DNA of 49,083 nt, filler included, from Porpidia crustulata (taxonomy: Eukaryota), in assembly GCA_964255105.1 (NCBI GenBank). It is 2 parts of 2 records of this genome, joined end to end, with 100 filler letters (N's around TTAATTAATTAA, not from the genome) between each part and the next. Parts side by side here need not be neighbours in the genome. Positions count along the whole stretch, not along the records: positions 24,599 to 49,083 come from CAXUWE010000058.1; 1 more part is not named here. One strand, given 5' to 3'. The notes beneath the pieces were generated by a model. It made no database searches, had not been told where the DNA came from, and was given only the letters and a program-made list of their open reading frames with translations. The translations under genes were made by a program, and so were the position numbers. This document shows, one piece after another, positions 37,602-47,999 of the stretch (position 1 is the first letter of the stretch; every line of letters begins with the position of its first letter).

Positions 37602-38869
37602 ATGCAGCAAGAGCCCATTCACCAAAATTGTACACACAACGTGGCGCTGCTAGCAATGATTAAATTACAGAAGGGTAAAGGCATCAATTACCAAGGGCTC
37701 TTCGGGACCCAAACCGCTAATAACGTTTCTTGTGTAGTGGAAGAATACCAGCGAGGATATTCTCGTCTGGCCGCTTTCATGAGCTTAGATGCGAATTTCT
37801 CGATGGTCAAACGATTTGACTTCTTACATATGAGACACTTGCTCTATCTCCAAGACAGCCTCATATATCAGCAAGAACGACTAGACACCTGCGATGATGC
37901 TGATGACATCCAACTACATCACAGCAGTCGACGCCAGGATGACAATGAGACAAGGAAAGCTTTGATGCAAGAGCTCGAAGTTCTGCTGAACAAGTATGGT
38001 TAGGCAATCTTTTTGGTCTTTTTCTCAACTATCCTACATGGCATAGATAATCATGAGCTGAGACACAACTTGTTTACAAGACGAGACGGTTCTACGGTTC
38101 GGGAAACTCCTAGACCTAAACTCTGTCTCGGATAGTAGCTATGAGAGCGTCAAGAACTGGGTTGATGGCAACAAGCCGCTGGTACGATCTGAGTCCCGAC
38201 TCTTCCTCCAGGAAGTCAGAGATAGGGATATCATTGCCCTGAAACAAACCGACGAAAAGGGGGACTTCGCCCAGCTTCTCATCCGACTTGCCAAATTCGT
38301 TCATCCGAGGCTCTCGCGCAAAGTAGGTCCTGTGATGGTGCTTGACGTACTGGGAGTGTACTGACGTGTTGTCGTTCAAGCTGCTGTCAAGCAATGTCAG
38401 CAAGGCACATTTTCGCGCACTCCTTTACTCATGCCATCATTCTTATTATCGCCGGCACATGAGCCTCATACTGACCATTGTGTATGCATACATTCAGGCA
38501 TTCCTCGCCCAAAGCAAAGACACCAACATCTTCCTCTACCAACCGGAGAACTTAAGGCGCATGGAGCTCATCATGACCGTGATCGTTGCCTCATTCTGGC
38601 TGATCACTCCAACTTATGCCTTCTACTACGTCTCACGCCCAGTCACTCGCGGTTTTTTGTTCTTGGTGTGCCTCGTAGGTTTCTCCATTATAGTGAAGCC
38701 TAAGAGTACCAACGCCAAGTATGAATTGCTTCTTGCTCTGACAGCGTAAGCTTCTTGTATTATCCTTTTTCCATTCAATTGAACAGAGGTGGAGAGATTG
38801 ACATTGGACTCCAGGTATTGTGCTATCCTGAGTGCATTTTACTCAAATACCGGCGACTCTAAGAAATGA
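37602..38869 (+). CDS. DUF6594-like fungal membrane protein, about 5 exons
   Basis: Exons about 37602-37674, 37738-37998, 38081-38322, 38498-38745 and 38815-38869. The N-terminal VEEYQRGYSRLAAFMSLD..FSMVKRFDFLHMRHLLYLQ, the middle SVKNWVDGNKPL..E and three C-terminal hydrophobic helices ending ..LTAYCAILSAF match the DUF6594 pattern as I recall it. The start codon is uncertain. Confidence 0.78.
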
Positions 38870-39099
38870 GATGTCGTCTACTATCCACAGACTCGCTAGT
38901 CTATGTAAGTTCTTCTATCCATCCATAAACCGATCATCGCTTTATGAAGCTTCCACCTCTTTACGCTCGTTACGGCCGATATCGACACTTCACCTCAGTC
39001 TACGTATAGATTCGGGGTTGAAAAAGGAAGTTTTGATTTTCAGGAAAAGTGCGTTATCGAGGCTGTGCCAGACAACAGTGCTGAGAATTTCTATTATTA

Positions 39100-39305
39100 T
39101 GTAAAGAGAGCAGCATATAGCCGGGTACTAGGCAGCCGATTCGGGCTCCCCGCCTGCTGCGCCCACTACATCGCTCCCCCGTACTCCCTCTATGCTCTCC
39201 CCGTACTCCCTATATGCTCCCCCCGTGCTCCCTCTAAAGCAGCTCTGCCCCCTTTCCCGGAAGAAAATAGCAATCTTCAATGCTAAGTTCGGGGTATGTC
39301 TAATA
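39100..39305. mobile_element. ~206-bp insertion (possible solo LTR) containing a 3x ~21-bp tandem repeat
   Basis: It interrupts the homology with repeat copy 1: AGTGCTGA.AATT at 39077 resumes as ATAGT..AAAGA.AAAGTGCG after 39310. It begins TGT and is flanked by TATTA / TATTT. The unit GCTCCCCCGTACTCCCTCTAT is repeated about 3 times at 39173-39236. Confidence 0.4.
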
Positions 39306-39325
39306 TATTTAAATAGTAGATTAAC

Positions 39326-39533
39326 AAAGAACAAAGTGCGTTCGCAATTCGTACAAAGGTATTGTCGGTCACACGAATCCTGTTGATGCCTGGCAGCGGA
39401 CCCAAAACAATATTGTAGTGATGGCCTTGCTATGCCTTCATCAGTGTGATACTGATACTGATGTCGATCCACTCCCTTTGCAGCTATTCGATTTTACGCA
39501 GCTTAAGAAGGAAGCTTGGAGTGTTATCTGCGT
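39326..39533 (+). repeat. Diverged direct repeat, copy 2 (partner at 28654-28844)
   Basis: Same blocks as copy 1, with a short TGATAC-repeat expansion at about 39447-39461. Confidence 0.85.
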
Positions 39534-41448
39534 TTTCATGCTTGCCTTGTCGAATAGAAAAAGAATTCCCCTCTGACTCAAGTTTCGAGGCTCCGATAAC
39601 AGCTTTGCGGTTATGATACTGCACCTTACCGTACACAACCCGCTTGTCTTGCATTAAGACCAAAGGTTCACACAACAATCGGAAAGACATTAGCGTACAA
39701 AGAGCCAAAGGAAGCTATTCTGAAGATCCAAAGCGGCTAGCGAGGTCGAGGATTCCGAAAAGAATATGCAACATTAGTATACGTAGCAGCGTCATTGTCT
39801 TGCTACATGAAGTGTCTAGTCACAACCACTTAGACGTCTTAGAACCTATGGTAGGAGTGAAATCTGACTTCGAATCAGGGCCGAATATCGATAGTTCTCA
39901 TCGGCAATTCGAATGACATCAAATAATTAGAGACTACAGCCAACGGCCACTCGACTATCGACAGGCCAGCCATATTTTAATCCTTGCGCCGCTCCTCGAA
40001 GACTTTTGTGAACTTTTTATCCGGGTGCTGCAGCCTCCGTCTTAATTGAATGCGCAGAAGAACCGGAAGACCCATATTTCACTGTTGCAAGATACTGTTA
40101 CACATCAGGCAGCAAGCACAGCCCTAGATATGGCAGCCTTCAAGAGAAGCCGTATAATGGGCTGCAGGCTGTATTTAACCAAGGACGAGCAAGGATGAGC
40201 CAAGAGCAGCCGTATAACAGTTTAGTGCTACCGCACGTTTTCGAACGAAGTGCTGTCCTCCCTTGCCCCTTAAGCAACGCAAATTCCCACCCGCAGGCAA
40301 GCATACTGAAAACTTACAGGAGAAATCAACCAAAGAGCTGCCGGCTTAATTGAGCCTCATGTTAGACTGAATAGGTAAGCCTATGTACGTGGTATTTCGT
40401 CAGCCAGCATAGTGACGCTCGAAAATCGTAATCGGCATACCCAAAGTTTTGCGGGTCTGGAAGGGAAATGCACCGTTGCCGTTGCCGACGTGTACGTGAA
40501 CGACACAAGAGTCGTTGACGAAGAATTGAGATTTCGATTGTATAAGCGACATCGCCTTCTGATCTATTAGTGTTCCATCAAAGTACAAGAGCGCGGTGGG
40601 CCTCTTCGATTGCACAGTACTCGAAACTCGGTGTCGGCGGGAAGTCGTCCTATGAGATAGAGAAATTCGTGGCCACGGTCAAGACCTGGTGATCTGTTAG
40701 GTCGAGGATAGTGTTGACGTTGAAGCCTACGTCCTGTAAACGGCGATGATGTGTGCCACTACGCCCACTCCATGATGATTGGCAAAAGGCACATTCTGAG
40801 TTGGGAGCCAGAAGAGGCCTTTTACCCCAGTGTAAGCCAGCTCATAGTCAGCATGGTAGAAGCGTACAGCTTACTCCAGCTCGACGCCACATGTAAGAAT
40901 GATTGGAAGCTTTGTCCAGCGACAATAAAAAGGTTGGAAAGAGATCAAGAAAATGACGAATGCCCGATACTGCTTTCGGCTGATTAGGGTTTGGATAATG
41001 TACTTAACATAGAAGATAATGAGCATTGTCAGAAGTGTTGAAATTCATTGTCTTTGAGCCGAATGGTAGGACACGGAACTCAACAACGATCGAGACAGAG
41101 AAATGCTCCAGGATCAAGCAACAGGATGGAGATTGACCTACATCAAATTTCACGTCATAGTCGTGGTGTGCGAGCTTTACAGGGTTCAAGACCAACAGAG
41201 CTTTCCACCACCGTGAAGGATGAAGCTATGAAACCATGATGCAAGTTTCAGGAGATGTTTTTGGAGCCTGGGTAAATACTAATTACACCCATTGACAGCA
41301 CAGGGCTTTCCCCTGATAGAATTTTACCAGGTATCTTTCCCTCGTGAGTGCCGTCAACTTTGCTTCCGCCACTTAAGCCGCGCTCACCGCTCTTCGAAGC
41401 AGATTCAACGCTTACAAACAAGAGCGGCAACGCGGATTGACTTCATAG

Positions 41449-42444
41449 CTACCATGTCGTCTCAGCTTCTTTCTTTGGCTCCGCGTTCCAGCCATCGTTG
41501 CCAGTCTGCACTGGAGCAGAACTGGCAGCCCAATCTGCGCCATCAGCTTCCCAGCTTGACCCAGGCTGCGCACCAGCGGTATTGGAAGCGGCGCTGAAAG
41601 CAGCTGCGCCACCCGGAGCACCGCCAGGTACTTCCCACTCCGAGTTGCCGGCGAATCCTTGGTCGACGGCAGCCGGCCCGACTTCATCGACACCTGGAAC
41701 TTTGCCTTCCTCCACGCCTGCAGCGTCCTTGTTCTCCTCTGCTTCGGGGTCGCGGTAGAAGTAGAGATCAACCATCACATCCCATTCGGTCTCTCGGTTG
41801 GCAAGAGTTCCACGCAGACGAAGGACCTCACGGGCCAACATCCACCAAATCAAACCTATCGCATGACGACCTTTATTGTTTGTAGGGATTGCAACGTCCA
41901 CAAACTCCGTTGGTGAGTCTGTATCGCATAGGGCAACGACGGGAATGTTGACGTAGGAAGCTTCTTTGATAGCTTGCGCGTCAGTACGAGGATCGGTGAC
42001 GATGATGAGACGGGGTTCCTTGAACGATCGAGTAATGTAATTTGTGAAATTTCCAGGGGTGAATCGTCCAGCAATAGCGACAGCACCAGTATGAGCGGCG
42101 AACTTGAGAACAGCACGTTGACCGTAGGGGCGGGCCGATATAACAGCGATATCAGCAGGATTATCTACGGCCGCGATTATACGCGCCGCAAGTACAACCT
42201 TTTCCCTACAAGAGCAGAACATTCAGCGCTCATTCAAGACCAAGAGAGGACTGTCATTTGTAAGAAGGAATTACCAGGTCTTGCCGATGTTGATCACATT
42301 AATACCATCGGGACGAGTCTTCCACAAGTAGGGTTCCATATGCACTTGTAAATTCTTGCTGCCCAAATGACATTGCGCTGCAAGAAGCATTTCGATATCT
42401 TGGGAGGTAGCATTGAAGATTGGAGGGAGATTCGCTGGGGCCAT
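41449..42444 (-). CDS. RPS0: 40S ribosomal protein S0/SA (uS2), 2 exons
   Basis: Exons 42444-42275 and 42205-41449. Motifs: [67 protein letters not shown] and DLYFYRDPE. Confidence 0.97.
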
Positions 42445-42700
42445 GATTGCGGTCTAGATATCTGAGGTATTGACTGAGACGGACTAAGTGTTTCTTGTCG
42501 ATGACTTGTAACGCAACCTTTTTCTCGAAATAACTTTATGCATGGAGAAATCGCTTCGGGTCTGTGTGCGCAGCTAGTGTAAGTTTAATGAGCTAAACTA
42601 GCTCAAAGACATTAGAATACACCAAGCCTTTGTTGAGACAATGAATGTTAAAAACATATCTACAGTACATAATTACCTCTCAATCAAAGATCACACGAGA
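42445..42700. promoter_or_regulatory. Putative bidirectional promoter between RPS0 and mitochondrial uS15
   Basis: 256 bp separate the divergent ATGs at 42444 (-) and 42701 (+). Confidence 0.55.
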
Positions 42701-43750
42701 ATGGTGTTAAAGACTTCAGTCTATGTACCTTCACGCGCGGTCTCCGGTATGTTTTTCCCAATCTCGTCAGAAAATATGATAGCTTACGCAAACATAGAAT
42801 ATCTCCGGGGGAGCATAAATCCAACCCGGTTTATATCGAAAGCACCTCAGTGCCTTTTCTCTACGACACAAATCACACCAGCGCCGAAAGAAATTCGAAG
42901 AAGCGACTACGCCGACTCGTACGCATTCAATCATGCTCGGCAACGGAAAGAGGCCAACGTAAGCCGGCAAGCAGTGCTGAAAGAGGAACGGGCGAAAGCG
43001 ATGGGGGACCCCATTCGAGGCATCCCTACACCCTTTATAGAGTCCTTTGATACGGCGATCCCTCAAGCAGTACGGCCCACTGTGGATCAAATTTCTGCCA
43101 GTACCACAGAAGAGAACCCTGATAAGCCACCGCCATCTCCACCCAAAGTTGAGCATCTGAATCACTACTTGTCGAAGTCGGAATTACAAAGGTCGTTGGA
43201 GTTCTCTTATGACCTTACGGAGCCAGTCGCTTCGCAAGATAGGGCGACTGCAGATCCCCAGTCTGAGGCGGACAATGTCGAAAGGCACCAGTCATGGCAT
43301 ACAGCAGCGTATGAAGCTGTCTCACGAATTATCAACCTAGGAAATGCCAATAGCCAGCAGCGAACTCGGGCAAATGTTCGAAGGATCATTGATACTTTCG
43401 GAAGACACAACACAGATCAATATCTGAAACCGAAGGCGCCCTCAGCTGCTCAGCTAGACCCTTCTCTACCACATCAAATACCAACGCCAAGGGCAGGCCC
43501 AGATACAGGATCTTCAGAGGTCCAGATCGGTATATTGACAGCCAAAATCCGCGTACTTGCGGATCGCTACGAGGGTCCTAACCGTATGGATAAGGTCAAT
43601 AAGAGGAATCTAAGACTCCTCTTACATCGACGGCAGAAGCTTCTAAAGTATATGGAAAAGCGGGAAAGAGGATCTGAGCGTTGGCACAATATGATCCGAA
43701 CACTGGGTTTGACGGAAGCCACTTGGAGAGGCCAGATAGCAGTGAATTAA
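42701..43750 (+). CDS. Mitochondrial 37S ribosomal protein uS15m (S15 family; yeast Mrps28-like), 2 exons
   Basis: C-terminal S15 domain GPDTGSSEVQIGILTAKI...DKVNKRNLRLLLHRRQKLLKYM. The likely start is ATG 42701, followed by an in-frame 51-nt intron at 42747-42797 (GTATGT..CATAG) and a presequence-like N-terminus. Confidence 0.9.
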   Translation: MVLKTSVYVPSRAVSGMFFPISSENMIAYANIEYLRGSINPTRFISKAPQCLFSTTQITPAPKEIRRSDYADSYAFNHARQRKEANVSRQAVLKEERAKAMGDPIRGIPTPFIESFDTAIPQAVRPTVDQISASTTEENPDKPPPSPPKVEHLNHYLSKSELQRSLEFSYDLTEPVASQDRATADPQSEADNVERHQSWHTAAYEAVSRIINLGNANSQQRTRANVRRIIDTFGRHNTDQYLKPKAPSAAQLDPSLPHQIPTPRAGPDTGSSEVQIGILTAKIRVLADRYEGPNRMDKVNKRNLRLLLHRRQKLLKYMEKRERGSERWHNMIRTLGLTEATWRGQIAVN

Positions 43751-44618
43751 GACTTGATCATTCTCTCACTGGGCAACAATATCAATTCATGAAGACGAAT
43801 ATGACCGTCGTGGATTGACAAATGACTGATCATTTTGTGGGAGCCGATATATACCCTATCAATGAATGGACAGCTGTTTATAGCAAGCCTCCGGAACGGC
43901 ATGGTTTTACGTCAGTCTTGACGCTTACGCTACTCGGGGAATTGAAGGAGATTCCACGTTTGTACGGCGACTTGAGGGCCTGGCCCTCGTTGACGCCTAC
44001 ACTAAAAATACTATAATCGAAGACAGACGTGTGTTGCATAATTAATGATCCAAACACTATTGGTGATGTGTTGACAATATAAATTCAATAACAATGCGTC
44101 ATTTTTTGACAATTGTGAGATATCAAACATTCAACACAACTGGCAGTGACAAAATTCAGAGCTCTATAAATTAGCGTGTAGAGGTTCTTCACGACGATGT
44201 GAGGTTGAGTTCTCGATTAAGTGATCTTCATGACAAAAGCTGATGATTACGAACGAACATCAGACTCGGAATCTTCTACCATTACCCCTTGAGAATCCTG
44301 ATGGAATTTTGAGAAAATCTGAGAAGCTAAAGATGGGGTTTGATGGTGTGTTTTCAGCCTTGTGCTCAGCCGCCCTTGACCGCTTTCAGGTAAGCGCGCT
44401 AGTGTAATCGGCAAAAAAACAAGTTAACGTCGTCAAGCAACGCAACAACCATCGTCAACAACCACACGCCATACTTTCCCGCATCTGTGTTGCACCTACC
44501 GTATCATCCAGCAAAAACCCTGCATTGACTTCGACAATCGACATATCGCGCGAAAGGCCTGGGATAGTCGCGAACGAACGAGCAGGCTGGGCTGAACTCC
44601 TATCACTGAGACGTCAAG

Positions 44619-47600
44619 ATGCCGACTACACGGGCGAGAAGACAGGCCCAAGAACAGTCTGGAGTTCCACCATCGCCCCAAAGCGTCCTCCCGGCAACCC
44701 TACGAAGACGTACTCGATCAAAAAAATCAGAGAAGGCCTTGGAAGCATCAGTAATAAAAGCGACGGAACATGTGGAGGATCCCAAGAGTGAGATACAGGC
44801 TCATTTATCAAGTCCCATTGCACATCCCGTGCTGGAAGCGGTATCCGTATCGCCTTCTATCGTTGCTCCCTCATCAAGCGCTGCCGCACAGCCCGTGCCG
44901 GAAGTAGTGTGTACGTCTCCTACCGTTATGACTCCCCAACTGGCAAATATTGGTGTGGGCCGAATTGTACATTCTGCTCCGAGACTCCCCGTACCCGCTG
45001 CAACGTTTGATTCAGCGTCGCGCAATTATTCTCCAAGTGCAGCCAGGTATCCCCTACCTGCTGTCGAGAATATTGCCCCCCTCGCTCGCGTTCCCGCAGT
45101 ACCTCAAACACGAATGCACCTTTGGGTAGACGTCACTTCAGAGAACATGTCAAGTATTGAACCAAGCAATGGCCCCTCGCTTGCCCTCACAATGCCTTCA
45201 AGTCTAGTTCCTGAAATTATGGCATTGATCGCACGTCGACCAGCTATAATGAACAACAAGCTTACGCACGCTGCAGTTACAGAATCATTTGCACCGTCAC
45301 CAACGAAACGCAAACTTTCGGACGACGCCGATATGCCGCGGGCAGCCCACCGACTCCGCATCGAGGAACGTCACGGCTCCGCTTCTAGTCCAAGTTCTCG
45401 TCAACGAAGACCCCTAGCCGAGTCTAATTTACAATCGAAACCTTTCGAACTACCGTCAACAACAAAATGGAAGAGGCGCCGGATGCTAAAGCAAAGAGCT
45501 TTGTACGACAGAAACGGCAATATGCAATTGAGTGGCCTAGATGAAGATCATACGTGGGAGAATACTGAACTTGCTGTGGACAAACTTCCACACTCGCCAT
45601 CATTCAAAGAAAATTTACAAGCTAACGACATCACGAGTTTAGAAGGAAAAGCGGATGAGATGCTTCGCATGCCAGAGTTAGAACGCCAGGAGCCAGTAGA
45701 GCGCGAGGGTGAATCTGCAGCAATCGAGTCTGGTGCTCAGCTAGTCGTTGCAGCCCGAAATGATCCCACGACACCAAATGCTTCAAGATGGGGGTTCGGA
45801 AGCCTCTTACATTCTGCTCAGACTATTACAAAATACATCCCGCTCCTTAAATTGAAATCTACAGCTGCAGCCCCAAAGGTCGCCGAACTCGTGAGTGTAG
45901 TGGCTCCTCCAGCGCAGCCGCCGTTATCTCAGGTTATGGCACAGACCGAACCCCGACCCGCCACCCAGTCTAGCGTATTCGACAGCTCGCCTGCGAGCGA
46001 GAAAGTCAGACCTGCTAGGAATCCCCGGTCTCAGAAAGCGCCATTAAAGAGTGCTTTAAAATCTAAACAGGAAGTTATTGATAAGCGCAAGCAAAGAGCA
46101 GAGAGAGAATTCATGCGTGAACAAGCTGATTTCGTCAGAGCAGACGACGCTCGTAAGGCTCGAGAGGCTCAAGATCGGGAAACTATGCGGCGTCGAGCTG
46201 AGGCGGCTGTTACTCCTGGTGGGAAACGCAAGCGCCTACCGTCACCAGACACTATCCCTAACCCACCAGGCGTTAGTTTTGGCATGGACCTAGACTACTT
46301 CTGCTACTCTAGCTCAGACGAAGATGTGGAACAGATTACCCCAACGAAGCAGCCTCCAAGTAAGAGGGCCAGGATCAGCTTACCGCAAGCTATGCCTGGG
46401 CCATTGGTGGGTGATCCGCTCAGAGCACAGCCGTATACTGGTGTTCTCTTCGCGGACCCCAAGGAGAGCTACCATGGTGGTAACATATTCGGTGAGACCG
46501 CATCAAGTGCGAATGCTGCCCTAAGAGCTGCCGATATGGTGCAAGCACGTGCAAGCCCTTCTCCCATGCGAGAAACCAGCGCTACCGCAGCCAGAGTAGC
46601 AGCTATAGGTTCCATCACCGGCGAAGCTCATGCAACAGCGACAGATTTCATTGCAAATGGACATTCAAATGATGCTCCCAATCTTGGGATACCTGCTCCA
46701 CCCGTCATCACTCCGTCAGTCACTTTTGCGGTACCCGACCCTTCAGATAGCGACAGCGATGAAGAGAGTGAACCTCAGGATGCTGCCTTAACGGGTGCTG
46801 TACAAGTTCCAACTTCTGCTAAACCCACCGACAAATGGACGCAACCACCCCCTCCGCCTCCTACTCCTGCCCATGCTACTTTGCCTTCTAGTGGAATAGA
46901 CGACGAGCAATTGAATGATGCTATAGCAAGGGCTCGTGCAAATGCCAGGAAGTACGCTCCAGCTAAATCGAGCTTACTCGGGCAGTCAAACGAAGTGGCT
47001 AGTCCTTCGGCTACTTCAAAAATCAATAGCAATCAGTCATTGAAGAGTGTAGGACCTACTTTTCAACATGCTGCACAAACTACTGGACAGCCAGATTCGG
47101 CCATTAACGGATCAGAGAAGCCCCCCAACGCTTTCGAGTTACACGAGGCCATTAAAAACTATGCAAAGTGGAAATTGGAGGTGGATCCTGTGGTCTCACA
47201 GTTGGTGGACGATGAGTGGACAGGGCAAGATCTTAAAGCCGCAGAGGATGGGTTGGAGGCAGAATTACAATTCGCAGAAGATGGACAGGAGCTAGAGCTC
47301 AATGAACCTCTCGTAGCGGATGAGCGCGATTTAGACGAAAGTACGGACCAAGCTCTTGATGACTATTTGGCGACCGATAAGCCCGATGCTATCGATACCA
47401 TGGACCAACAATCTGGAGAATTTCTTGCAGTCAACGACCCCAGTTCGGACGAAGACATGAACTTTCTCGCAACCAATGAGCCCGGTTCTGATGATGCATT
47501 GGATCAAGCTCTTGCCGAGTACTTTGCGAGCGAAGCACACTCCGCGGAAAGCACAGTGGCTAATCACCACGCCGAACGAGAGCTACTGTCTGATGAAACA

Positions 47601-47999
47601 CAGTCTCTTCAATATCCCATTTTGCCAGATAATCCTCATGAGAAACCCGGATCGGCCTTTCGTCCAGATTCGCCTGCAGGAGTCTCAAGCGCGGACATGA
47701 CCTCGGACAAATACCTGGCAACAAATCCAGGGCATCTCCGTTTATACACTCCAGAGCCAGTCGAGCTCTCAAGCGCAGAGTTGGACGCAAGCCGTGAGGA
47801 AAGTCTCGGACTTCGTTCGTACATATCAGAAACCGGAGACGCAAAGATGACAGCTCTTGACGGGTTTGGTGCCTTTGATGCCTTTCTGCATACGACTGAT
47901 CCCAATGTAGCCAACATGATCAGTCACGTGTCGGCCACAAAGGTTCCAGACTTCATGGCGGCCACATCCGAGGAGGTCATGGGTGATGGGCCTTTCTGA
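44619..47999 (+). CDS. 1126-aa largely disordered hypothetical protein (basic N-terminus, acidic C-terminus, NLS-like motifs)
   Basis: A single uninterrupted 3.4-kb ORF rich in P/S/A. It contains a coiled-coil-like KRKQRAEREF...RRRAEA segment and short motif islands (GKRKRLPSPDTIPNPPGVSFGMDLDYF, WTQPPPPPPTPAHATLP, ARARANARKYAP). Confidence 0.8.
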   Translation: MPTTRARRQAQEQSGVPPSPQSVLPATLRRRTRSKKSEKALEASVIKATEHVEDPKSEIQAHLSSPIAHPVLEAVSVSPSIVAPSSSAAAQPVPEVVCTSPTVMTPQLANIGVGRIVHSAPRLPVPAATFDSASRNYSPSAARYPLPAVENIAPLARVPAVPQTRMHLWVDVTSENMSSIEPSNGPSLALTMPSSLVPEIMALIARRPAIMNNKLTHAAVTESFAPSPTKRKLSDDADMPRAAHRLRIEERHGSASSPSSRQRRPLAESNLQSKPFELPSTTKWKRRRMLKQRALYDRNGNMQLSGLDEDHTWENTELAVDKLPHSPSFKENLQANDITSLEGKADEMLRMPELERQEPVEREGESAAIESGAQLVVAARNDPTTPNASRWGFGSLLHSAQTITKYIPLLKLKSTAAAPKVAELVSVVAPPAQPPLSQVMAQTEPRPATQSSVFDSSPASEKVRPARNPRSQKAPLKSALKSKQEVIDKRKQRAEREFMREQADFVRADDARKAREAQDRETMRRRAEAAVTPGGKRKRLPSPDTIPNPPGVSFGMDLDYFCYSSSDEDVEQITPTKQPPSKRARISLPQAMPGPLVGDPLRAQPYTGVLFADPKESYHGGNIFGETASSANAALRAADMVQARASPSPMRETSATAARVAAIGSITGEAHATATDFIANGHSNDAPNLGIPAPPVITPSVTFAVPDPSDSDSDEESEPQDAALTGAVQVPTSAKPTDKWTQPPPPPPTPAHATLPSSGIDDEQLNDAIARARANARKYAPAKSSLLGQSNEVASPSATSKINSNQSLKSVGPTFQHAAQTTGQPDSAINGSEKPPNAFELHEAIKNYAKWKLEVDPVVSQLVDDEWTGQDLKAAEDGLEAELQFAEDGQELELNEPLVADERDLDESTDQALDDYLATDKPDAIDTMDQQSGEFLAVNDPSSDEDMNFLATNEPGSDDALDQALAEYFASEAHSAESTVANHHAERELLSDETQSLQYPILPDNPHEKPGSAFRPDSPAGVSSADMTSDKYLATNPGHLRLYTPEPVELSSAELDASREESLGLRSYISETGDAKMTALDGFGAFDAFLHTTDPNVANMISHVSATKVPDFMAATSEEVMGDGPF

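Noticed and set aside
39173..39236. CRISPR-like array
   Set aside because: The 21-bp units are contiguous with no spacers, the context is eukaryotic, and there are no cas genes.
28654..39533. Starship or other autonomous giant mobile element
   Set aside because: No DUF3435 tyrosine-recombinase captain, transposase or integrase ORF is visible in or beside the block.
42641..42700. Upstream ATG extension of the uS15m ORF
   Set aside because: It lies in the AT-rich promoter/UTR. ATG 42701 followed by a canonical intron gives a more plausible presequence.
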